NCBI GenBank assembly: GCA_044425575.1
Contig: JAWXVE010000001.1
Coordinates: 13,268-77,267 of the forward strand
DNA from: Eubacteriales bacterium
GTDB taxonomy: Bacteria; Bacillota; Clostridia; Lachnospirales; Lachnospiraceae
DNA length: 64,000 nt
Direction: 5' to 3'
Part shown: piece after piece, positions 46,399 through 55,160 of the stretch
How positions within the stretch are numbered: position 1 is the first letter of the stretch
Layout: every line of letters starts with the position of its first letter
The notes under the pieces: generated by a model
The model's input: the letters and a program-made list of their open reading frames with translations, nothing else
What the model was told of the DNA's origin: nothing
The model's database searches: none
Position numbers and translations under genes: made by a program

Positions 46399-47178
46399 TT
46401 ATACTTCTAAGTGATATAATTTCAGTGCCTTGTGCAATAAAGGTTCTAATTTCTCTAAATAGACCATATTCGGTCCGTCAGATTTAGCTTGTTCTGGATC
46501 CTGATGGACTTCTATAAATAAACCATCTGCTCCTGCAACAATGGCAGAATGAGCCAAAGTAGGAACGTATTCTCGATTCCCGCCAGTAGCATCGCCTTTA
46601 CCGCCAGGTTTTTGTACGCTGTGAGTTGCATCGAACAGCACAGGATAACCAAACTTTTTCATCTCCACAATGGAGGTCATATCTACCACCAAGGTATTGT
46701 AACCAAAAGAAGTACCGCGTTCCGTAAGCATAATATTGGCATTGCCACTTTCCTCTAATTTGGTTACTACATTTTTCATATCCCAAGGTGCAAGAAATTG
46801 TGCTTTCTTTACATTGATGATCTTCTTTGTGTTGGCAGCAGCAATTAATAAATCTGTCTGGCGACACAAGAAAGCTGGTATTTGAATAATATCTGCAACA
46901 GGTGATACTAGTTGTGCTTGGTAAGGTTCGTGAATGTCTGTAACAATCTTTAGATTATATTTTTCTTTCACTTTTTGTAAAATAGCAATTCCTTCTTCCA
47001 TGCCCACCCCGCGGAAGGAATGGATAGAGGTTCGATTAGCCTTGTCAAAGGAAGCTTTAAAGTAATAGTCAATGTCTAATGGAGCAGTAATGTTCTGAAT
47101 TTTTTCTGCTAATTCGTAAATCATCTCTTCATTTTCAATGACGCAAGGTCCTGCTAATAATGTAAATTTATCTTTCAT
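46399..47178 (-). CDS. kdsA: 3-deoxy-8-phosphooctulonate (Kdo8P) synthase
   Basis: [70 protein letters not shown] and GLFIEVH. Confidence 0.85.
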   Translation of the reverse strand: MKDKFTLLAGPCVIENEEMIYELAEKIQNITAPLDIDYYFKASFDKANRTSIHSFRGVGMEEGIAILQKVKEKYNLKIVTDIHEPYQAQLVSPVADIIQIPAFLCRQTDLLIAAANTKKIINVKKAQFLAPWDMKNVVTKLEESGNANIMLTERGTSFGYNTLVVDMTSIVEMKKFGYPVLFDATHSVQKPGGKGDATGGNREYVPTLAHSAIVAGADGLFIEVHQDPEQAKSDGPNMVYLEKLEPLLHKALKLYHLEV

Positions 47179-47197
47179 AGGAAGGTTCCTTTCTGAA

Positions 47198-47941
47198 TTA
47201 AGGGCGCGTGTTTGTTAGCGTATTGGCAATCATATCCTGCACTTTCATTAAATCTTCAGGCGTATCAACTCCGATGGTAGATGCTGCCACCTCTTGTATC
47301 TTCATGGAATAGCCATATTCAATAGCACGTAATGGCTCGATGGATTCTGCACGTTCTAATTGACCCATAGGCAATTGATTGAAAGTTGACAGAAATTCTT
47401 TGGTGTAGCCATATAATCCTATATGGGCAAAATGACTACCTGTTTCTTTGGAATCACGCACATAGGGAATAGGAGATCTAGATAGGTAGATTGCCCGATT
47501 ATTCATATCGGTAATAATCTTTACCACATTAGGAGAATCCAATTCATCTTGGTTTGCAATTTTACGTTTTAAGCTACCATAGTATACGTTAGAATCAGCA
47601 AACATACTGATTAAAGTACGAATGGAGTCGGGATTAATGAGAGGTTCGTCTCCTTGAATGTTAATATATAAATCACCATCCACCTTAGTAGCAACTTCTC
47701 CAATGCGTTCTGTACCATTGACATGGTCACTTGCTGTAAGCATTACATCTATTCCCAATTCCTTACAAGTAGTCATAATTCGCTCATCATCTGTTGCTAC
47801 ATAAACTTGGTGGAATTCTGCTACTTTCTTACATTGTTCATATACCCACCATATCATAGGTTTACCACAAATATCTGCAAGTGGCTTGCCAGGAAATCTG
47901 CTAGAAGCATAGCGAGCTGGTATCACACCGATTATTTTCAC
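47198..47941 (-). CDS. kdsB: 3-deoxy-manno-octulosonate cytidylyltransferase (CMP-Kdo synthetase)
   Basis: [50 protein letters not shown] and [13 protein letters not shown]. Confidence 0.85.
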   Translation of the reverse strand: MKIIGVIPARYASSRFPGKPLADICGKPMIWWVYEQCKKVAEFHQVYVATDDERIMTTCKELGIDVMLTASDHVNGTERIGEVATKVDGDLYINIQGDEPLINPDSIRTLISMFADSNVYYGSLKRKIANQDELDSPNVVKIITDMNNRAIYLSRSPIPYVRDSKETGSHFAHIGLYGYTKEFLSTFNQLPMGQLERAESIEPLRAIEYGYSMKIQEVAASTIGVDTPEDLMKVQDMIANTLTNTRP

Positions 47942-47989
47942 AATTCCTATTCTCCTGTTCTATTGATTGAAGTATTTTCTCTATAGGTT

Positions 47990-48018
47990 ATTCTATAGGA
48001 AGTAATTCTAGAAAGCAA
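47990..48018 (-). promoter_or_regulatory. candidate promoter for the kds operon (minus strand)
   Basis: On the minus strand, -10 TAGAAT (47990-47995) and -35 TTGCTT (48013-48018) with a 17-nt spacer, 49 nt upstream of the kdsB start. Confidence 0.2.
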
Positions 48019-48057
48019 TAAAAATATGAAATAATCTCACAAAATCAGAAGGATTAC

Positions 48058-48087
48058 TTGACACAAACTTGTGGATAATAGTACTAT
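48058..48087 (+). promoter_or_regulatory. candidate sigma-A promoter for the operon starting at 48149
   Basis: Consensus -35 TTGACA (48058-48063), 18-nt spacer, -10 TACTAT (48082-48087). RBS GGGGAGAG precedes ATG 48149. Confidence 0.35.
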
Positions 48088-48148
48088 GATAGCAGTGTTA
48101 TGGAATACATACACATAGTTATGATAAGATAGGGGAGAGTAGGTAAGT

Positions 48149-49216
48149 ATGAGAGTCTTACTATTAGGTGAGTTTAGTGGTTTGTTCCAAAGCTTAGCCG
48201 AGGGGTTACGTGAATGTGGTGCTACAGTAGACTGGTATGCAAATGGCGATGGATATAAGGCAATCACAGGAATGACAGGATCTATTGATGGAACTACGAA
48301 GAACCACTTTATAAATCGTATCTGGTACCCTTTTCAACTGATTCAGACCTTAAAGGGATATGATGTAGTACACGTAATGAATCCGCTGATTTTTAGCCCG
48401 TATATTAACGCATATTTATTTCGAATACTAAAGAAGAATAATAAAAGATTAGTCATGTCTACTGTTGGAACAGATTATGCGGTGTATCAATATCAGCATA
48501 AAGCAAATAGAAAGTATGACTATTATCTATTAGATGAGAATACAGAGTATGATTATTTCTACAAAGAACACACAAGATACGTAAGAGATTATGAAAAAGT
48601 AATGACATTAATAGATGGCATTATACCGGGCTCCATGGAATATTACTATGCCCATGAGAACAATCCAAAATTAACAAGCATATGTAGACATCCCATTAAT
48701 ACATCTAAGATTGAATATACGGAGAATCGTATACAAGATAAGATCGTTATCTTTCATGGGATTAGCAGAGAAGTCTTTAAAGGAACAGCTTATATTAAGG
48801 CTGCTATGGAAGCCATTGGAGAAAAGTATCCAGATGATGTGGAAATCATCATCGATGGAAAGATGCCAATTGAAGAATACAAAGCACTTATGGCTCGTGC
48901 CAATATAGTTATTGACCAATGTAGAAGTTATGGACAAGGAATCAATGCGTTGATTGCATTGGCCCAAGGGAAGATTGTGCTAAGTGGTGCTGAGGAAGAA
49001 TGCATGGACAAGATGGGAGTTCAGGACTGTCCAGTGTATAATATTATTGCCAATAAAGAGCAGATTATGGCACAATTAGAAGAGATTATAGCACGGAGAG
49101 AAGAGTTCATAGAATTAGGGAAACGTTCCAGAGCGTATGTGGAGAAGTATCACCATCATAAGCTCATTGCTCAAGACTTCATGGAAGTGTATCAGACCAT
49201 TTTAGAATTCAACTAG
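48149..49216 (+). CDS. divergent GT-B-fold glycosyltransferase-like protein, specificity unknown
   Basis: MRVLLLGEFSG N-terminus is typical of GT-B Rossmann starts. The C-terminal CRSYGQGINALIALAQGKIVLSG resembles the donor-binding helix region but lacks a clean E-x7-E. Confidence 0.35.
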   Translation: MRVLLLGEFSGLFQSLAEGLRECGATVDWYANGDGYKAITGMTGSIDGTTKNHFINRIWYPFQLIQTLKGYDVVHVMNPLIFSPYINAYLFRILKKNNKRLVMSTVGTDYAVYQYQHKANRKYDYYLLDENTEYDYFYKEHTRYVRDYEKVMTLIDGIIPGSMEYYYAHENNPKLTSICRHPINTSKIEYTENRIQDKIVIFHGISREVFKGTAYIKAAMEAIGEKYPDDVEIIIDGKMPIEEYKALMARANIVIDQCRSYGQGINALIALAQGKIVLSGAEEECMDKMGVQDCPVYNIIANKEQIMAQLEEIIARREEFIELGKRSRAYVEKYHHHKLIAQDFMEVYQTILEFN

Positions 49217-49219
49217 GCA

Positions 49220-49263
49220 AGTGTGAATTAGAAACGTGAGAATTAGAAAAGAGTGAGTTATAG
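49220..49263 (+). repeat. three imperfect tandem units GTGA(G)AATTAGAAA directly upstream of ATG 49264
   Basis: GTGAATTAGAAAC (49223-49235), GTGAGAATTAGAAAAGA (49236-49252), GTGAGTTATAGATG (49253-49266). Read directly from the sequence. Confidence 0.5.
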
Positions 49264-50205
49264 ATGAAAATCTTGTGTATAGCAGGTAAGAATAACATAG
49301 CGTGTGATATTTTAATCATTGCATTAGAGCGATTAGAGAAAGACCAGATTGTCATTATCCCTAATGCCACTGATGATGGAAGCGATACTTGGCAAAGGTC
49401 GTTTTTAAAGTTAGCAAGACAACTGCAAGTTCCCGTTGTTACATTAGAGGATGTGTATAATATGGAAGATGTTGTTTTCTTGTCATTAGAGTTTGATAAA
49501 ATCATTCGAACAAATAAGTTTCAAGATGCTAAACTTTATAACATTCATTTTTCCTTGTTACCGAAATATAAAGGCATGTATACAGCCTACTGGCCTATTA
49601 TATGTGGAGAACATAAGACAGGTGTTACCTTACATTATATTGACGATGGAATTGATACAGGAGATATTATTGCGCAAAGCGAGTATGTAATTACTGATGA
49701 TATGACCTGTCGAGATATTTATCTTAATAATATCTCTTATGGTACTAGACTAGTAGAAGAATACTTCGATAGAATCATAAATGGACAAGTGGAATCTTAT
49801 AAGCAACCTAGTGCGCAAGCCACGTATTTCTCCAAAAGTTCCATTTCCTTCGAGGATGCCTCCCTTGACTGTCGTCAAACAGCTTATATGATAAACAATC
49901 AGATTCGAGGACTACGTTTTCGAGAATATCAACTGGCAACCTTTCAAGATACTATGATATCTCACGGGGAGATTACAAGTGATCGATCTACAGCACGACC
50001 AGGTACGATTATCCAAGAAGATGGATGGATCTATTTGATTGCCACTATTGATTACGACATCTATTTATATAAGGATCGCTTAGAAGATATGATGGCAGCT
50101 TGTACTAATGGAGATGTGGAATTCTTGGACATGTGCATGGAGAGGGGCTATCAGATGAATGAAGTAGGAGGAGATAGGTATTTTAATGAATATAATGCCG
50201 AATAA
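49264..50205 (+). CDS. sugar N-formyltransferase (FdtF/QdtF/VioF-like)
   Basis: YNIHFSLLPKYKG carries the catalytic Asn and His, and HYIDDGIDTGDII carries the catalytic Asp. A C-terminal extension domain is present. It is adjacent to FdtB/FdtA-like genes. Confidence 0.7.
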   Translation: MKILCIAGKNNIACDILIIALERLEKDQIVIIPNATDDGSDTWQRSFLKLARQLQVPVVTLEDVYNMEDVVFLSLEFDKIIRTNKFQDAKLYNIHFSLLPKYKGMYTAYWPIICGEHKTGVTLHYIDDGIDTGDIIAQSEYVITDDMTCRDIYLNNISYGTRLVEEYFDRIINGQVESYKQPSAQATYFSKSSISFEDASLDCRQTAYMINNQIRGLRFREYQLATFQDTMISHGEITSDRSTARPGTIIQEDGWIYLIATIDYDIYLYKDRLEDMMAACTNGDVEFLDMCMERGYQMNEVGGDRYFNEYNAE

Positions 50206-51295
50206 TTTGCAAAGACAGTATGATTTGCATGGACAGGAATATGAAGAGGCAGCACTTAGAGTGTTGCGCAGTGGTTGGTATGTATTAGGAGAAGAAGTTG
50301 CGTCTTTTGAACGAGAATTTGCACAATACCTAGGAGCCAAACATTGTGTGGGAGTGGCAAGTGGATTAGATGCACTTTGGATGTCCTTTCGCTTGTTAGA
50401 GATTGGAGAAGGGGATGAGGTTATTGTATGTTCCAATGCATACATTGCATGTGTGATGGGAATTACAATGAATGGAAATCATGCCACACCAATTTTTGTA
50501 GAGCCAGACGAGTATGATAATATAGATGCAAGTAAGATTATAGATGCAATTACGGAGAAGACCAAGGCCATATTAGTGGTTCATTTGTATGGACAAGCAT
50601 GTAATATGGAGCAGATTATGCACATTGCAGAGGAATATCAATTGCGTGTTGTGGAAGATTGTGCCCAAAGTCATGGAAACCATTTTCAAGGTCAAAAGGT
50701 TGGTACATTTGGAGATGTTGCTTGTTTTAGCTTTTATCCAAGTAAAGGATGTGGAGCGTTTGGAGATGGAGGAGCCATTGTTACCAATTGCGATGAACTT
50801 GCTCAGAAGATGAGAGTATTCCGCAATTATGGCAGTCAAGAACGTTACTGTAATGAAGTGGTAGGAACCAATAGTAGACTAGATGAGTTGCAAGCAGCAT
50901 TGTTGCGTGTGAAATTATCCCACTTAGATGAATTAAATGCAGAACGTAATGAAATTGCGTGTAAGTATAATGAGAAGATTACTTCTCCTTGTTGTATGAA
51001 ACCACGTATTCGAGAAGGTGCAGATTCTTCTTATCATCAATATGTAGTACATGTAACCCATGGTAAAAGAGATGCTATGGCGGCTTATCTTAGAGAACAT
51101 GGAATAGGAACGATTATTCACTATCCCATCCCACCTCATTTAAGTCAAGCATATGCTTACTTAGGATATAAAAGAGGAGATTTTCCAATTGGAGAGCGGT
51201 GTGCGAAAGAAGTCTTAAGCTTGCCAATTTACAATGGTATGTTAGAAGAAGAACAAGAGTATGTAATTCAACAAATCAATGGATTTGAAGGGTGA
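50186..51295 (+). CDS. dTDP-3-amino-3,6-dideoxyhexose transaminase (FdtB/QdtB-like, DegT family)
   Basis: LQRQYDLHGQEYEEAALRVLRSGWYVLGEEVASFEREFAQYLGAKHCVGVASGLDAL, EDCAQSHG and SFYPSKGCGAFGDGGA. Confidence 0.7.
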   Translation: MNIMPNNLQRQYDLHGQEYEEAALRVLRSGWYVLGEEVASFEREFAQYLGAKHCVGVASGLDALWMSFRLLEIGEGDEVIVCSNAYIACVMGITMNGNHATPIFVEPDEYDNIDASKIIDAITEKTKAILVVHLYGQACNMEQIMHIAEEYQLRVVEDCAQSHGNHFQGQKVGTFGDVACFSFYPSKGCGAFGDGGAIVTNCDELAQKMRVFRNYGSQERYCNEVVGTNSRLDELQAALLRVKLSHLDELNAERNEIACKYNEKITSPCCMKPRIREGADSSYHQYVVHVTHGKRDAMAAYLREHGIGTIIHYPIPPHLSQAYAYLGYKRGDFPIGERCAKEVLSLPIYNGMLEEEQEYVIQQINGFEG

Positions 51296-51726
51296 AGAAG
51301 ATGGATAATCAGCTAATAGAACAGAAGGTAGAGATGTTATCATTTCCGGAAATGGGAGATGAGAGAGGCCATTTAGTAGTGGTGGAAGGAATGAAGCAAG
51401 TTCCCTTTCCTATTGCACGAATTTTCTATATTTATGGGTCTGATACAGACGTGATTCGTGGATGTCATGCAAATCGAAAATCAGAATTCGTACTTATTAA
51501 TATATGTGGTTCTTCGAAAGTGAAAGTGAAAGATGGGAAAGAAGAAATCATATATGAATTAAATCGCTCTCATATGGGGATTTATTTGCCTAGGATGATT
51601 TGGAAAGAAATGTATGATTTCTCGGAAGACTCTATTCTGCTATGCTTATCGAGTGAACCATATGATGCGGCAGAATATATTCGCGATTATTCAGAATATA
51701 TACAAGAAATGAATGGTAAAAGATAA
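51292..51726 (+). CDS. dTDP-4-keto-6-deoxyhexose 3,4-ketoisomerase (FdtA/QdtA, WxcM-like cupin)
   Basis: 144 aa. FPEMGDERGHLVVVEG...PFPIARIFYIYG...VIRGCHANRKSEFVLI matches the FdtA-type cupin. Confidence 0.7.
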   Translation: MKKMDNQLIEQKVEMLSFPEMGDERGHLVVVEGMKQVPFPIARIFYIYGSDTDVIRGCHANRKSEFVLINICGSSKVKVKDGKEEIIYELNRSHMGIYLPRMIWKEMYDFSEDSILLCLSSEPYDAAEYIRDYSEYIQEMNGKR

Positions 51727-51727
51727 T

Positions 51728-52492
51728 ATGAGTAATGAAGAACGCAGGGGACCAAGGAAACTCGTGTCGCTAATTCTCACCACCTATAACTGCAAAGATA
51801 TGCTAGTGCAGACCTTGCAGAGCATAGAGCAGCAGACCTATCCATCCATTGAATTAATTATTGTAGATGGAAACTCTACGGATGGTACAGTAGAAGCGAT
51901 TGAAGAATATAGTCAACGCTCCCCTTATCCCTTGCAATGGATATCTGAACCAGACCAAGGAATTTATGATGCCATTAATAAAGGGATTGGGTTAGCAAAA
52001 GGTGATTATATTGAAGTGATGAATGATGAATATAGTGTAGATGATGCCATTGAACAACTAGTACAGGCAACAGAAAGTCAGGAACATTACGTTGGTGCTC
52101 ATGCAGACTTGGTCTATGCGGATCAAGGTGTAGTCATACGAGCTTGGAAAATGGGAGAGGGGCGTATTGGAAGCGGTTGGATGCCAGGTCATCCCACACT
52201 ACTCTTAGAATCGTCAGTGTATAATAAGTATGGATTGTATGATACTACTTATACATGTTCCGCAGATTATGAATTCATGGTACGTTTTCTAACAGCAGGG
52301 GAACAACTGGCCTATGTGCCACAGAACTTAGTATCTATGTATTATGGTGGGACAAGTACGGCTACATTAAGTAGCTATCTTGTTTCCTTTCGAGAAGCGC
52401 ACCGTGCGCTTCGCAAGAATCATGTACGATTTCCATTGGGGATTTGCCTCATTCGAACCGTACGTGTGTTATGGCAGTTTGTGAAGAAATAG
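51728..52492 (+). CDS. GT2 glycosyltransferase
   Basis: VSLILTTYNCKDML...ELIIVDGNSTDGT...DQGIYDAINKG...DDA. Confidence 0.7.
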   Translation: MSNEERRGPRKLVSLILTTYNCKDMLVQTLQSIEQQTYPSIELIIVDGNSTDGTVEAIEEYSQRSPYPLQWISEPDQGIYDAINKGIGLAKGDYIEVMNDEYSVDDAIEQLVQATESQEHYVGAHADLVYADQGVVIRAWKMGEGRIGSGWMPGHPTLLLESSVYNKYGLYDTTYTCSADYEFMVRFLTAGEQLAYVPQNLVSMYYGGTSTATLSSYLVSFREAHRALRKNHVRFPLGICLIRTVRVLWQFVKK

Positions 52493-52503
52493 AGGGATAG
52501 AAC

Positions 52504-54042
52504 GTGACAAGATTAAAATCACAGCATAAAGAAATAATCATTTTTGGAATAGTAACGTTACTCACTACGATTCTATTCTTTTTACTGGTAAAAGATTGGG
52601 GGATTCAGTATGCCGTAGATTCCCAAAGTTATGTGGAACTAGGGGCTATGCATGGTGTGAAACCTATTTATCCCCTTTTTTTGTTTGTCCATAAGTTGTT
52701 ATTTGGAGAAGAAGCATATTTACAGGCGGCAGTTATTTCTCAAGGACTCTTGTCGGTTGGGTGTTCCTTGGGACTTGTGTTTTATTTAAAGAAACTATTT
52801 GGACTGCATTATATTGAAGTATATATATGTTATTGTCTGTCCTTGTTGGTATATATGATTGAATGGCCTAATTTTATCTCCTCTCAATATATCTTAACGG
52901 AAGCTATTACGTACCCCCTATTCTATCTATACTTCATTACGGTTTTACAAGTAATCTATAAGGGTGGTTGGAAGAGTATTGTCTTATGTGGGGTTATGTC
53001 CTTTCTATTGGCAATGACTAGATCGCAGTTGTTGCTGGTAATGGGGATTACATCAGTAGCTTTTACCATAGCTCTTGCAAGGAATCAACTAATAAGCAAG
53101 AGAGTTACAGTCAAGAATCTGCTACTTGTTATAGTCAAAGGCGTTGTGGTAATTCCGCTCACCTTATATCTTGGAATTCAAAGTGTGAACTATGGAATGA
53201 CTGTATATTTATCGGCTTATGCTACCATAGAATCTATAAGCACACAGGCAACCGCAAATGATAGTGTTACCAATATGGGAGTGGAAGACCAAGAAGCACT
53301 AGAGGCAGCTGTTCAAACGGTGGAAGTGGTAAATGTTACGTATTCTGATAATCAATCATCTCATGCATTATGGCAACGTTTAAGCTATACCATTGATGAG
53401 GAGGATGTGGCACTATTTGATGACCCACATTTTCAAGAAATATTTTCACAATTATACGAAGCCATTGACGAAGCACAGCAGCGATATCCATATAGACCGA
53501 AGAATCTATGGACCTGGGAACATATTGCCAATTCTACTAATCAGAATGCTTCTATTACAGATGAGATTACAGATGCTTACCGCATTGCACATGCAGAGGA
53601 CCCTACTTTTCAAGAAGATTCTATTAGTATAAAAGATAAGCTTAGTTCACAGTTATTACGAGAACATTGGTTGGACTACTTGTACTACACACTATGCCTC
53701 TTTCCGCAAAGTTTTGTATGTACGGTGTTCTTTCAGATTGAATCCATCTATCTTCTGTGCCATATTATTACCTTGTTTTTATACATAAGTGCCATTGTTA
53801 TGAGCATATTGTGTGTGAAGAATAAGAAATTAGATACGAAAGTTGGTATTTATATGTTCACAGTTTTGGTGGCTTCTTGTTGTTTTATTGTGGCAACTAA
53901 CTTGGTGTTTTATGGAATACAGAGATATCTATACTATATTTTTGGAACATTCTATATTGGGTATTTTCTATTGTTATGCCAAATGTATCGAGGGTATCTA
54001 CAAGCGTGGTGGAAGACTCATAGAAAGAGTAATTGCAAGTAA
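52504..54042 (+). CDS. large polytopic membrane protein (GT-C-like candidate)
   Basis: 512 aa. GTG start. An early loop DSQSYVELG follows TM1. A central hydrophilic region of about 150 aa sits between TM blocks. Confidence 0.4.
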   Translation: MTRLKSQHKEIIIFGIVTLLTTILFFLLVKDWGIQYAVDSQSYVELGAMHGVKPIYPLFLFVHKLLFGEEAYLQAAVISQGLLSVGCSLGLVFYLKKLFGLHYIEVYICYCLSLLVYMIEWPNFISSQYILTEAITYPLFYLYFITVLQVIYKGGWKSIVLCGVMSFLLAMTRSQLLLVMGITSVAFTIALARNQLISKRVTVKNLLLVIVKGVVVIPLTLYLGIQSVNYGMTVYLSAYATIESISTQATANDSVTNMGVEDQEALEAAVQTVEVVNVTYSDNQSSHALWQRLSYTIDEEDVALFDDPHFQEIFSQLYEAIDEAQQRYPYRPKNLWTWEHIANSTNQNASITDEITDAYRIAHAEDPTFQEDSISIKDKLSSQLLREHWLDYLYYTLCLFPQSFVCTVFFQIESIYLLCHIITLFLYISAIVMSILCVKNKKLDTKVGIYMFTVLVASCCFIVATNLVFYGIQRYLYYIFGTFYIGYFLLLCQMYRGYLQAWWKTHRKSNCK

Positions 54043-54057
54043 GGAGAAAGAATTCCT

Positions 54058-54783
54058 ATGAAACGATGTCTCATTATTATACCAGCCTATAACGAGGCTG
54101 GAAGCATTGAAAAAGTAGTTGACTATATTAGGGAGAATCATCCAGAGTATGATTACCTTGTGATTAACGACGGGTCTACAGATGAAACAGAGTCTATTTG
54201 TAGGCGTAGACAATATCAATATGTTAGCCTACCAATCAACTTAGGAATTGGTGGTGCAGTGCAAACAGGTTATCAATATGCTCTGGAATATGAGTATGAT
54301 ATTGCAGTTCAGATTGACGGAGATGGACAGCACAATGTGGATTATATTAGAGAAATGGTAGATTTAATTGAATCAGGAGAAGCTGATGCAGTCATTGGAT
54401 CACGATTCGTGAATAAGGAAGGATTTCAATCGTCTATTGGAAGAAGAATCGGTATTCAATTCTTAAGCCGTTTATTACAAGTGTTATGTTTTCGCAGAAT
54501 TAAAGATGTAACAAGTGGATTTCGTGCCATGGATCGAAGATTTATTGAAATATTTGCTAGAGATTATCCAAGTGATTATCCAGAGCCAGAGACCATTATG
54601 GCAGTTCATATGCATGGAGGAGTCATTCACGAAATACCAGTTGTGATGAATGAACGTATGGAGGGAACAAGCTCTATTAATGCAGTGAAATCTATCTATT
54701 ATATGGTAAAGGTAACATTAGCTATTTGCATACGTAGGTTGAGCTATGGTGTTAGAAGAGACCGGAAGGGAGTACACCAATGA
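54058..54783 (+). CDS. soluble GT2 glycosyltransferase (polyprenyl-phosphate sugar synthase-like; partner of the DUF2304-like protein)
   Basis: CLIIIPAYNEAGSI...YLVINDGSTDET...QIDGDGQH. It overlaps the small membrane protein gene by 4 nt. Confidence 0.7.
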   Translation: MKRCLIIIPAYNEAGSIEKVVDYIRENHPEYDYLVINDGSTDETESICRRRQYQYVSLPINLGIGGAVQTGYQYALEYEYDIAVQIDGDGQHNVDYIREMVDLIESGEADAVIGSRFVNKEGFQSSIGRRIGIQFLSRLLQVLCFRRIKDVTSGFRAMDRRFIEIFARDYPSDYPEPETIMAVHMHGGVIHEIPVVMNERMEGTSSINAVKSIYYMVKVTLAICIRRLSYGVRRDRKGVHQ

Positions 54784-55160
54784 TATCAGGTGATGTGAAA
54801 TTATGGCTCGTGGTGGCTGTAATCGTTTATTTTGTAGTGATTCTTAGATTCCTTAAGAACAAAGCATTGGAATTAAAATATACATTGCTATGGCTGTTTG
54901 CGGGAGTAGTATTTGGTATTCTTGGAGTATCACCAGGTATTTTATTTACAGGAATTCAGTTAGTGGGCATTCAAGACCCTATGAATGGGATTTACTTTAT
55001 AGCAATTGGTCTGATACTTGCAATCTTAATGTCTATTACCTCCATTGTATCAAGGCAATCTAATAAAATCAGAAGATTAATTCAAGAAAATGCCATATTG
55101 GAGAAGCGAGTAAGAGATATTGAGGAGATTATGCAGAAAGAGTCAGAGGAGAAGTTATGA
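54780..55160 (+). CDS. small membrane protein (DUF2304-like) with a C-terminal coiled/charged tail
   Basis: 126 aa. Three or four TM helices, then RRLIQENAILEKRVRDIEEIMQKE. Positioned GT2-small membrane-GT-C, as in known DUF2304 contexts. Confidence 0.55.
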   Translation: MISGDVKLWLVVAVIVYFVVILRFLKNKALELKYTLLWLFAGVVFGILGVSPGILFTGIQLVGIQDPMNGIYFIAIGLILAILMSITSIVSRQSNKIRRLIQENAILEKRVRDIEEIMQKESEEKL

